DNA of 62,717 bases. Origin: an uncultured bacterium (GTDB lineage Bacteria; Latescibacterota; Latescibacteria; Latescibacterales; Latescibacteraceae). The notes beneath the pieces are model-generated. The model saw only the letters and a list, made by a program, of their open reading frames with translations, made no database searches and was not told the origin of the DNA. A program made the position numbers and the translations under genes. Location of the stretch: the NCBI GenBank assembly GCA_964497605.1, contig CAZCDQ010000001.1:1-62717 (forward strand). The letters are read 5' to 3'. This document shows positions 46,068 to 54,105 of this stretch, piece after piece. Position 1 is the first letter of the stretch. Each line of letters starts with the position of its first letter.

Positions 46068-46256
46068 ATTTTCGTATATTAGATACTTAGAAACCGAATA
46101 TTCGATTCTGTGTTTACTTACCGTACGCAGTAATATTTCGCATATCAGGCTTTTCATTATAGCAATACTTCGCCGCGGGAAATAAGTTCCGAGCTAACAT
46201 AGGATTCAGGAAAATGTCAATCGTTTTCCCTTACATAAAAAGCAAACATACTTACT

Positions 46257-46766
46257 ATGGAATTATTTAATATTCTCGATGAAAACGGCAAACCGGTCGG
46301 TACGGCATCACGAGACAAGTGCCATTGCGGATCGTTCCTGCTTCACGGCGTTGTGCATGTCCTGGTGTTCAACAGCGGGGAGAAGTTGCTGCTGCAGAAA
46401 CGGGCAACAAACAAACGAATTCAGCCCGGGAAGTGGGACACATCGGTTGGAGGTCATATCGATTACGGCGAATCGGTCGAGCATGCGCTCTACCGTGAAA
46501 CAGAAGAAGAACTCGGCATTTCCGGGGCGGAAATGGTGAAGCTGTACGAATACATCTTGGTAAGTGATATTGAAAAAGAGTATGTGACTACGTATACATG
46601 CGTGTGGGACGGCCCCATTTCCATTCAGAAAAGCGAGATGGACGAAGTACGCTTATTTTCGCCGGAGGAAATCGAATCTCTCCTCGGGACAGGATTCTTT
46701 ACAATGAACTTTGAACAGGAATGGGAATATTATAAATCCTGGGTCGCACAAAAGAAAAACTGTTAA
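46257..46766 (+). CDS. NUDIX hydrolase
   Basis: Perfect Nudix box GGHIDYGESVEHALYRETEEELGI (Gx5Ex7REUxEExGU). Confidence 0.9.
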   Translation: MELFNILDENGKPVGTASRDKCHCGSFLLHGVVHVLVFNSGEKLLLQKRATNKRIQPGKWDTSVGGHIDYGESVEHALYRETEEELGISGAEMVKLYEYILVSDIEKEYVTTYTCVWDGPISIQKSEMDEVRLFSPEEIESLLGTGFFTMNFEQEWEYYKSWVAQKKNC

Positions 46767-46875
46767 TCCTCAGTGAATCGTGTTTATATTCATTTGATTT
46801 TGGCATTTTGTCATATGCGAATGATTGTGTATATTACTTAAAACGTAACGTCCACATGAACGAAAGAACTCACAG

Positions 46876-47370
46876 ATGGTGAAAAGACCTGATAAAGATT
46901 TGTATTATCTCAACATAGCGAAAGAGGTCGCCAAACGGTCGACCTGTCTCAGGCGGTGGTACGGTGCGGTTATTGTCAAAAACGACCAGATCATCTCGAC
47001 TGGTTACGCCGGTGCGGCACGTGGGGCAATAAACTGTTCCGATACCGGTATCTGTCCTCGTCAGCAGGCGAAAATTCCCCGTGGCGAACGATATGAGCTT
47101 TGCAGAAGTGTCCATGCTGAAATGAATGCGATCATTCATGCGGCACGGGCCGATATGATCGATTCCACGCTCTATCTATCCGGGTTCGATGCTGAGGACG
47201 GTTCTATTGTGAAAGGTGCACGGCCATGCAAGATCTGCAGCCGGCTGATTATTAATGCGGGAATAAAGACAGTTAAAGTTCTCGACGAGGGTGAAACTGT
47301 GCAGACATTCGAGGTGTCCGATTTTGTTAAAAACGAGGAGCTCGATCTCACAAAAGCCTGTGGATATTGA
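46876..47370 (+). CDS. Deoxycytidylate (dCMP) deaminase
   Basis: Zinc motifs HAEMNAI and PCKICSRLI. 164 aa, ComEB/dCMP deaminase size and layout. Confidence 0.9.
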   Translation: MVKRPDKDLYYLNIAKEVAKRSTCLRRWYGAVIVKNDQIISTGYAGAARGAINCSDTGICPRQQAKIPRGERYELCRSVHAEMNAIIHAARADMIDSTLYLSGFDAEDGSIVKGARPCKICSRLIINAGIKTVKVLDEGETVQTFEVSDFVKNEELDLTKACGY

Positions 47371-47496
47371 GAAAGCAAGGCGCAACGTTACCGCAGATTT
47401 CGCAGATTATATGATTACGCATATAATATCGTATGGGCAGCTACCTGTGCCTGCCAGCAACTAAACACGGAAATGATAGAATAAATATCAAAGAAC

Positions 47497-48354
47497 ATGA
47501 TACCGATTGTATCCGACATAGATGAAATTAAAAGAATATGCGGTGAGAATCGCCGTCAGGGTAAACGCATCGGCCTTGTTCCTACTATGGGCGCATTTCA
47601 CGAGGGGCATCTGAGCCTGATCCGCAGGGCGGCGGCGATAACCGGTTTTGTCGTTGTCAGTATTTACATTAATCCGAAACAATTCGGTGAAAATGAGGAC
47701 CTCGACAGTTACCCGCGCAGTCTTGAATATGATGTGTATGATGCTGAAAAGGCCGGCGCAAACACTGTTTTCGCGCCGGACGACCTGATTATATATCCCG
47801 CGGGATATCTAACGTATGTAAATGTAGAGGGCCTGACCGAAGGATTGTGCGGAGGGGCACGGCCGGGGCATTTCAGAGGAGTGACCACGGTTGTTGCCAA
47901 ACTATTCAATATCGTTCAGCCGGATGTGGCTGTATTCGGTGAAAAAGACGCTCAGCAGCTTGCGGTTATCCGTGCTATGGTGCGCGACCTGAATATGGAT
48001 ATCGACATCGACGCCGGTCCAATAGTTCGCGAGTCGGACGGTCTCGCGATGAGTTCTCGAAATCAGTATCTATCTCCTGACGAGCGCGCGCAGGCGTCGG
48101 TTCTGTATGAAAGTCTTCGGACAGCAGAGTCGCTCATCGATCGCGGTACGACCGATACTAAGGTGTTAACCTCGGAAATAAAATCGGTAATAGATAGTGC
48201 ATCAGCTGCGGAAATCGAGTATATTGAGATTGTTGATATGGTGAACCTCAAACCGGTCGGGGACGTTTCAAGCGATGCTCTCATAGCGATAGCCGTACAT
48301 TTTGGAACAACACGGCTGATTGACAACATTGTTGTTAAAGCGGGAAAATCGTAA
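47497..48354 (+). CDS. panC: Pantoate--beta-alanine ligase
   Basis: LVPTMGAFHEGHLSL (HxGH) and FGEKDAQQL motifs. 285 aa. Confidence 0.95.
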   Translation: MIPIVSDIDEIKRICGENRRQGKRIGLVPTMGAFHEGHLSLIRRAAAITGFVVVSIYINPKQFGENEDLDSYPRSLEYDVYDAEKAGANTVFAPDDLIIYPAGYLTYVNVEGLTEGLCGGARPGHFRGVTTVVAKLFNIVQPDVAVFGEKDAQQLAVIRAMVRDLNMDIDIDAGPIVRESDGLAMSSRNQYLSPDERAQASVLYESLRTAESLIDRGTTDTKVLTSEIKSVIDSASAAEIEYIEIVDMVNLKPVGDVSSDALIAIAVHFGTTRLIDNIVVKAGKS

Positions 48355-48395
48355 GTTGTAAATAGAATGACAGAAAATTGAAGGGCAGAAAAAAT

Positions 48396-48752
48396 ATGCG
48401 AAGAATCATGTTGAAATCGAAACTTCATAATGCAACGGTGACTGAAACGGAGCTGACATACGTCGGAAGCATAACCATCGATCAGGCACTTCTGGAACAG
48501 GCTGATATCATAGAAAATGAGCGCGTTCAGGTTGTCAATATCAATAACGGCGCACGGTTCGAGACATATGTGATAAGCGGGGAGAGGGGAACAGGAATGG
48601 TATGCCTGAATGGCCCGGCGGCTCGCCTCGCTGCAAACGGTGACCGGATACACATCCTTTCGTACGCCACCATGAGCGCTGAGGAATTGAAAGATTTCAA
48701 GCCCGATATTCTGTTTCTCAACGAAAAAAACGACATTGTCGGCAAAAAATAA
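48396..48752 (+). CDS. panD: Aspartate 1-decarboxylase
   Basis: MRRIMLKSKLHNATVTE N-terminus and the self-processing site YVGSITID. Start set at the ATG at 48396 instead of the TTG at 48378. Confidence 0.9.
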   Translation: MRRIMLKSKLHNATVTETELTYVGSITIDQALLEQADIIENERVQVVNINNGARFETYVISGERGTGMVCLNGPAARLAANGDRIHILSYATMSAEELKDFKPDILFLNEKNDIVGKK

Positions 48753-48885
48753 TGTGAAACATTTTTGTCTCAGAAGAATATAAAGTAAAGAAGTTTGATT
48801 TTAATTCAATTCTTGCTTGACATAAAGGATTAATTGATATTAATTATATTGTTAAGTATTTGAATAAGAAACAAAGGATTTGTGA

Positions 48886-49419
48886 ATGCGTTGGAATGTT
48901 TTAAGCAGTTTTTTAATTGTCATTCTAATTGGATTTGCTGCGGTTTCATATGCGCAGCAAAACAAGACATTTTCCATGAACGGCGCTGGTAATACCGTAT
49001 ATCAACCCGGACTGAATCCTTCGAAAACCTTGAAAAGCATGAGTCTGCTTGACCCCGAACGTTTCACCATGAAACACCAGACCGTGATGAGTTATTCCTC
49101 GTCGTCCATGTACGGTTCCTCCGGTCTGAATGGTCTTTATCTCAATACGATGACATACCGTTTCAAAATGCCGCTGACCATGAGGCTGCGGGTTGCATAC
49201 CAGAACAATATGAGTGGTTTGTTAAGCAACAGTGCGTCATCCAGCGGAAGAAACAATTTACAAACCGGTAATTTGTATATACCGTCTTTCGATCTTGTTT
49301 ACCAGCCCTGGAAAAACACCACTATCAGTTTTCATTACCGTGATTTTTCGGGATCGAATATGTATAACGGATACGGATACAGCCGGTTTGGCAGATACAG
49401 CCGGTTCAGACCGTACTGA
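48886..49419 (+). CDS. Hypothetical secreted Ser/Tyr/Asn-rich protein (possibly a small outer-membrane protein)
   Basis: Signal peptide (...AAVSYAQQ). It is a monocistronic unit followed by the terminator at 49494-49531. The C-terminal residue is aromatic (RFRPY). No known motif recognised. Confidence 0.6.
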   Translation: MRWNVLSSFLIVILIGFAAVSYAQQNKTFSMNGAGNTVYQPGLNPSKTLKSMSLLDPERFTMKHQTVMSYSSSSMYGSSGLNGLYLNTMTYRFKMPLTMRLRVAYQNNMSGLLSNSASSSGRNNLQTGNLYIPSFDLVYQPWKNTTISFHYRDFSGSNMYNGYGYSRFGRYSRFRPY

Positions 49420-49493
49420 TATATTTGCGTACGATGATAACGAGGTGTTATAAACTGATATTGATAAACACAACGTAAAATAGCATTATCTGC

Positions 49494-49531
49494 GGGGACG
49501 CATGGAAGTTCTATGCTATCCCCTTTTTTTT
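49494..49531 (+). terminator. Rho-independent terminator
   Basis: Stem GGGGA-c-GCAT (49494-49503) pairs with ATGC-ta-TCCCC (49513-49523) around a 9-nt loop, followed by T8 (49524-49531). Confidence 0.7.
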
Positions 49532-49555
49532 ATTTTTTCCCATCTCTTCCATTGA

Positions 49556-50020
49556 ATGAAATACATGCGAAAAATGGTACCGATTATCTCGGTTATTTTC
49601 ATAATTTTTGTACTTGTTCCGCTTATTACTATTATTCGTGATATTCGGCAATTTGACCGTAACACCGAAACTTCGGAATCCTCGCGTTATACATCACGCA
49701 ATACATATATACGTATTGCCGTGCTGAACGGTTGCGGGAGGGAGGGACTCGCGACATTGTTTGCCAGACGGCTGCGTAGCGCAGGCTTCGACGTGGTCAA
49801 CGGTCAGGGCGGCAACGCCGATTCGTTCGATTTTGATGTATCGGTTGTCCTCGACCGAAAAGGGGACAAGCGGAAATCCCGGGCTGTCGCCGACGAACTT
49901 GGGATTGATATGATTGTTGATCAGTATTCAGCAAATCCTTACATTATTGAGGATATTGCGGTTATCATCGGTCGTGACTGGGATTCGCTCAATATATCGA
50001 AAGGAGAAATAACGGATTGA
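49556..50020 (+). CDS. LytR C-terminal (LytR_C) domain-containing membrane protein
   Basis: N-terminal TM helix, then IRIAVLNGCGREGLATLFARRLRSAGFDVV...ADSFDFDVSVV, typical of LytR_C. Confidence 0.7.
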   Translation: MKYMRKMVPIISVIFIIFVLVPLITIIRDIRQFDRNTETSESSRYTSRNTYIRIAVLNGCGREGLATLFARRLRSAGFDVVNGQGGNADSFDFDVSVVLDRKGDKRKSRAVADELGIDMIVDQYSANPYIIEDIAVIIGRDWDSLNISKGEITD

Positions 50021-50388
50021 ACACACAAGCCTCAACCGACGTTGAAAAGAATCTCGACCGCATAATCGAGCTGATAATGAGTAAAAAGGGTGAGGATATC
50101 GTGGTCATGGACTTGCGCAAGATATCGAGTGTTGCGGATTTTTTCATCGTCGTTTCCGGTAATTCGGGCGTTCATGTCAAAGCAATTGCTGACGAGCTTC
50201 GCGAAAAGATGAAAAAAGTCGATAAATTATCACCCTGGCATGTGGAGGGTATCGAGGCGCAAAAATGGATTCTGATCGATTATGTTGACATCGTCGTGCA
50301 TGTTTTCGATTACGAATCCAGGGAATATTACTCCATCGAGAAATTGTGGGAGGATTCTAAAACCCGAAGAATCGAAACGGATTACTGA
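50017..50388 (+). CDS. rsfS: Ribosome silencing factor
   Basis: 123 aa with KGEDIVVMDLRKISSVADFFIVVSGNS...WILIDYVDIVVHVF (RsfS/Iojap pattern). Confidence 0.9.
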   Translation: MNTQASTDVEKNLDRIIELIMSKKGEDIVVMDLRKISSVADFFIVVSGNSGVHVKAIADELREKMKKVDKLSPWHVEGIEAQKWILIDYVDIVVHVFDYESREYYSIEKLWEDSKTRRIETDY

Positions 50389-50492
50389 ACGGTTCACATG
50401 CGCGAACGGATGAATCTTATAAACGGATTGAATAAAATAGTATTGGAATAAACCGGACGCCGGCGGGTCATTGCCGGCGCATAACCGTTGGA

Positions 50493-51401
50493 ATGAATAT
50501 GAGCATTGTTGTTGTAGGTACGATTGCGTTTGACGATGTCGTGACCGATCACGGAACGGTAAACGATACACCTGGAGGATCGGCTCTTTATTTTGCATCC
50601 GCGGCATCATTGTTTGCACCGGTAAATGTTGTGGGAGTCATTGGTGACGATTTTCCGACCGATGTGCTGGATTTCCTCCGCGGCAGAGGGGTGAATACGA
50701 ACTGTCTTGAAACGGTCGCGGGAGGTAAGACGTTCCGCTGGGGCGGCGAGTATGCAAGCGATATGAATATCAGGAAAACCACCAATCTCGAACTGAACGT
50801 TTTTAATGATTTCAAACCTGTTCTCGACGAAGAATTTCGAAAATCGAAATACGTCTTTCTCGGAAACATCATTCCCGACCTTCAGCTCGAGGTATTGCGG
50901 CAGGTCGAGTCACCCAGGTTTATTGCGGCGGATACGATCGAATGCTATATCCGTGATAACCGCGAAACGCTGCTTAAAGTGTTGGACAAAGTCAACATGC
51001 TTATTGTAAACGATATAGAAGCCCGTCTCCTGACCGGCGAGCATAACATCATCACCGCCTCGAAAGCCCTTATGCGTTTTGGGCTCGATTATGTGATAGT
51101 GAAAAAGGGCGAGCACGGTTCGATTCTGGTTTCCCCGGACGATCTGTTCATTTTCCCGGCCTATCCTATCGACGAGGTCATCGATCCGACCGGCGCCGGT
51201 GATACCTATGCCGGAGCAGCTATGGGGTATATCGCCCGTGAGGATTCAATCGATATCAGAACGATTAAGACGGCAGTGGTGTACGGCGGTGTTGTCGCCT
51301 CTTACACCGTCCAGGATTTTAGTCTCGAGCGCCTCAAATCGCTGACTATGGACGATATCGAGAAACGCTGCGAAATATTCCGGAACATTACAACCTTTTA
51401 A
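50493..51401 (+). CDS. PfkB-family carbohydrate/nucleoside kinase, substrate unknown
   Basis: N-terminal GGSALY motif and the C-terminal PfkB signature DPTGAGDTYAGA. 302 aa. Confidence 0.85.
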   Translation: MNMSIVVVGTIAFDDVVTDHGTVNDTPGGSALYFASAASLFAPVNVVGVIGDDFPTDVLDFLRGRGVNTNCLETVAGGKTFRWGGEYASDMNIRKTTNLELNVFNDFKPVLDEEFRKSKYVFLGNIIPDLQLEVLRQVESPRFIAADTIECYIRDNRETLLKVLDKVNMLIVNDIEARLLTGEHNIITASKALMRFGLDYVIVKKGEHGSILVSPDDLFIFPAYPIDEVIDPTGAGDTYAGAAMGYIAREDSIDIRTIKTAVVYGGVVASYTVQDFSLERLKSLTMDDIEKRCEIFRNITTF

Positions 51402-51440
51402 CTGACCTCGCATGATATCATTTCAGAAAACGGAGAATGT

Positions 51441-52466
51441 ATGCCGGTTGAAACCGTACTATGGACCGAACGCGGACTTGAGATCATCGACCAGCGGGCG
51501 CTGCCGAATGCAGAGCGTTACCTTACGCTGACTACAACAGACGGCGTATGCAAGGCGATAAAAACCCTTGCAGTCAGAGGAGCGCCGGCCATCGGCGTTG
51601 CGGCCGCATACGGCGTCGTTGTCGCTGCAAACGAACGTACTGACCGAGAATATGTCGAAGCCGCTATCGAAAATATCGCCCAGACACGTCCAACCGCAGT
51701 CAATCTGTTTCATGCTATCGATGTCATGTCGCAAGCGTTGGACGATGCCTTCTCCTCGGGCGATCCTGTGGGACGGCTCCTCGATAAGGCACACAGCATA
51801 TTCGAGGAGGATATAAACCTTTGCCGGGCCCTGTCCGAGCACGGTGCGAGCCTGCTGTCGGACGGCGATACCATACTCACGCACTGCAATGCCGGCGGAC
51901 TTGCTACCTCGGGTTACGGCACTGCGCTCGGCATTGTATATACCGCCACAGCCGAGGGGAAACATATCAGCGTGTATGCCGACGAGACCCGTCCGCTGCT
52001 GCAGGGGGGGAGGCTTACCGCATGGGAGTGCGCGAAAAGCGGCATTCCTGTCACCGTCATTTGCGACAACATGGCTGCCGAGGTGCTCCGGAGCGGAAAG
52101 ATCGACCATGTCATTGTCGGCGCTGACCGGATCGCGGCGAATGGCGATGCCGCAAACAAGATAGGTACCTACGGACTGTCTATTGCGGCAAAAGAACATT
52201 ATGTGCCGTTTTATGTTGCCGCGCCTCTCACCAGTTTCGATTTTTCGCTGAAATCGGGTCGGGAGATTTTCATTGAGGAGCGCGATCCTGCTGAGATATA
52301 TTCGGTCTGGGGCGCCGAGACAGCGCTCGAAGGCGTTTCATACTACAATCCGGCGTTCGATGTAACTCCGGCGGACAACATCTCAGCGATCGTCTCGGAG
52401 AAAGGGGTGGCGAAACAGCCCGGCATTGCTGAGACGCTTAAAGCATGGAACACGTCAGACACTTAA
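51441..52466 (+). CDS. mtnA: S-methyl-5-thioribose-1-phosphate isomerase (eIF-2B alpha/beta/delta-like family)
   Basis: IDQRALP, VRGAPAIGVAAAYG, THCNAG, ADETRPLLQG and GADRIAANGD motifs. 341 aa. Confidence 0.85.
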   Translation: MPVETVLWTERGLEIIDQRALPNAERYLTLTTTDGVCKAIKTLAVRGAPAIGVAAAYGVVVAANERTDREYVEAAIENIAQTRPTAVNLFHAIDVMSQALDDAFSSGDPVGRLLDKAHSIFEEDINLCRALSEHGASLLSDGDTILTHCNAGGLATSGYGTALGIVYTATAEGKHISVYADETRPLLQGGRLTAWECAKSGIPVTVICDNMAAEVLRSGKIDHVIVGADRIAANGDAANKIGTYGLSIAAKEHYVPFYVAAPLTSFDFSLKSGREIFIEERDPAEIYSVWGAETALEGVSYYNPAFDVTPADNISAIVSEKGVAKQPGIAETLKAWNTSDT

Positions 52467-53270
52467 ATGTCACGTGCGGGGAATGTCATGATTTCAGTCG
52501 GTACATCGGGATTCAGTTTCAGCGACTGGAAAGGCGTGTTTTATCCTGAGGGAACAAAACCCAGCGATTATCTGTCGTATTACAAAGATCATTTCAGTAC
52601 GGTCGAGATTAATTCCACCTATTACGGAATCCCGCGCACATCGGTATTCGAGAACATGCTTATTAGGACGCCGGATACCTTTGAATTTATAGTGAAAGTC
52701 AACAAAGCGACGACGCATGAACATGCGGACGCCGATGTGGCGGATGATTTTGGCGAGGCGGTTCGGCCGCTGAATGAAGCCGGCCGGCTGTCGGGTCTGC
52801 TCGCGCAGTTTCCCTGGGGATTCAGGAACGATCAGAAGAACAGGCGGTATCTCTCCGAACTCAGCGAGAGACATGCGGAAATCGGCCCACCGTTTTTTGT
52901 GGAATTCCGTCACGAAAGTTGGAACCGCGACGAGGTATACGATTTTCTCGAACGCCTGAATCTGCGGTTTGTGTCGGTTGACGAGCCGCAGATCGGCGGG
53001 ATGATGCCCCCGGTTGTCCGTGCCACGGGCGATATCGGATATATCCGGTTTCATGGCAGAAACGAAGAGACATGGTGGGGAAAAACCGGCGAACGGTACG
53101 ATTACGATTATTCCGAGGACGAACTGGATCCCTGGATCGAAAAGATCGAACAGCTCGAGAAAACGGTCTGGAAAATTTACGCGTTTTTTAATAACTGTCA
53201 CAAAGGATATGCGGTGAGAAATGCACTGCAGTTCAAAAAACTGATGGAAAAGCAGGGAAAGATACTATGA
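52467..53270 (+). CDS. DUF72 (YecE-like) domain-containing protein
   Basis: GTSGFSFSDWKGVFYP N-terminus, EINSTYY and FEFRHESW motifs typical of DUF72. An alternative start exists at 52488. Confidence 0.8.
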   Translation: MSRAGNVMISVGTSGFSFSDWKGVFYPEGTKPSDYLSYYKDHFSTVEINSTYYGIPRTSVFENMLIRTPDTFEFIVKVNKATTHEHADADVADDFGEAVRPLNEAGRLSGLLAQFPWGFRNDQKNRRYLSELSERHAEIGPPFFVEFRHESWNRDEVYDFLERLNLRFVSVDEPQIGGMMPPVVRATGDIGYIRFHGRNEETWWGKTGERYDYDYSEDELDPWIEKIEQLEKTVWKIYAFFNNCHKGYAVRNALQFKKLMEKQGKIL

Positions 53271-54064
53271 ATTGCCGATTGCCTGATTACCACCTCCACA
53301 CGACGCTCTGTAATCACGCCTCCGGCGAGATGGAGGCGTATGTCGAGCGAGCAATCGAACTCGGCATTCCAGAAATCGGATTCTCCGAGCACATGCCGGT
53401 TATGCCCGAGCCGCATCTCTGTATGAGCTATGACGATCTTCCTTTCTATATCGAAAAAGTGCAAGAACTCCGCGAGCGTTACCGCGGAAGAATCGTCATT
53501 CGGCTCGGCGCCGAAATGGATATGAACCTCGACCGTGCCGACGAGATAGAATCTATCATTGAGCGCTACGAATTTGATTACGTAATCGGCTCGATACACT
53601 ATCTGGACGGCTGGCCGTTCGATCAGATTCAGTATAAGCACAAGTTCGAGGAAGAGCGGCTCGAGGATATATATGAGCGGTTTTTCGACACCATTATTAA
53701 TGCGGCGAGAAGCGGACTCTATGATATCGCCGGGCATATCGATAACCTGAAACGCATGGGATACCATCCCAAAAGCGATATGACCCAAACCTACAACCGC
53801 GTCGCTTTGGCGCTTAAAGAAATGGATCTCGCATTCGAGATAAATACCAGCGGCTACGATTATCCGGCAGGCGAAGCGTACCCGTCGCCGCAGTTTCTCA
53901 AAATCATGAACAGCCGCGGCGTACCGGTCACCGTGGGATCGGATTCGCATAAACCGGAACATGTGGGCCGTTACTTCGAACAGGCTGCCGAAGTGCTGAG
54001 AAATGCCAGTTATGACAATGTCGCATATTTCGAGAACCGATCGCGAATTCTGAAGCCGTTCTAA
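53267..54064 (+). CDS. Histidinol-phosphatase HisJ-family PHP-domain protein
   Basis: DYHLHTTLCNHASG, FSEH, GSIHYL and SDSH motifs (PHP metal ligands). Confidence 0.8.
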   Translation: MNCRLPDYHLHTTLCNHASGEMEAYVERAIELGIPEIGFSEHMPVMPEPHLCMSYDDLPFYIEKVQELRERYRGRIVIRLGAEMDMNLDRADEIESIIERYEFDYVIGSIHYLDGWPFDQIQYKHKFEEERLEDIYERFFDTIINAARSGLYDIAGHIDNLKRMGYHPKSDMTQTYNRVALALKEMDLAFEINTSGYDYPAGEAYPSPQFLKIMNSRGVPVTVGSDSHKPEHVGRYFEQAAEVLRNASYDNVAYFENRSRILKPF

Positions 54065-54105
54065 AAACTGTCCGAACACACCCCAACTGAGGATGCCCGG
54101 AAAAT

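Noticed and set aside
45958-46185. 75-aa plus-strand ORF inside the strand-switch spacer
   Set aside because: It has no SD and an Ile/Asn/Lys/Phe-rich composition typical of translated AT-rich DNA. It spans the inverted-repeat arm and the direct repeats, which are better explained as non-coding elements.
50389-50492. SAM (S-box) riboswitch or terminator between rsfS and the PfkB-mtnA genes
   Set aside because: Only a single 7-bp GC hairpin (CGCCGGC/GCCGGCG, 50458-50479) is present, with no U-tract and none of the conserved S-box helices. At about 100 nt the spacer is too short for an S-box.
51459-53201. Two further long antisense ORFs (51459-52199, 246 aa; 52494-53201, 235 aa) over mtnA and DUF72. 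Similar ones occur at 60057-60800, 24268-25098, 12701-13357, 9315-9884, 42360-42932 and 48063-48653
   Set aside because: Same explanation. The case I checked (51459-52199 versus mtnA) is codon-aligned with the sense frame. The products are Arg/Ser/Cys-rich or low-complexity without motifs, whereas the opposite-strand genes have unambiguous family signatures.
53198-54079. 293-aa minus-strand ORF almost exactly co-extensive with the plus-strand HisJ/PHP gene (53267-54064), a possible overlapping antisense gene
   Set aside because: The plus-strand product carries all the PHP metal-ligand motifs, while the antisense product has no recognisable motif. The antisense ORF is codon-aligned with the sense gene: both have codon lower coordinates congruent to 2 mod 3. 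Stops in that frame can therefore arise only from sense TTA, CTA or TCA codons. This is a codon-usage shadow ORF.
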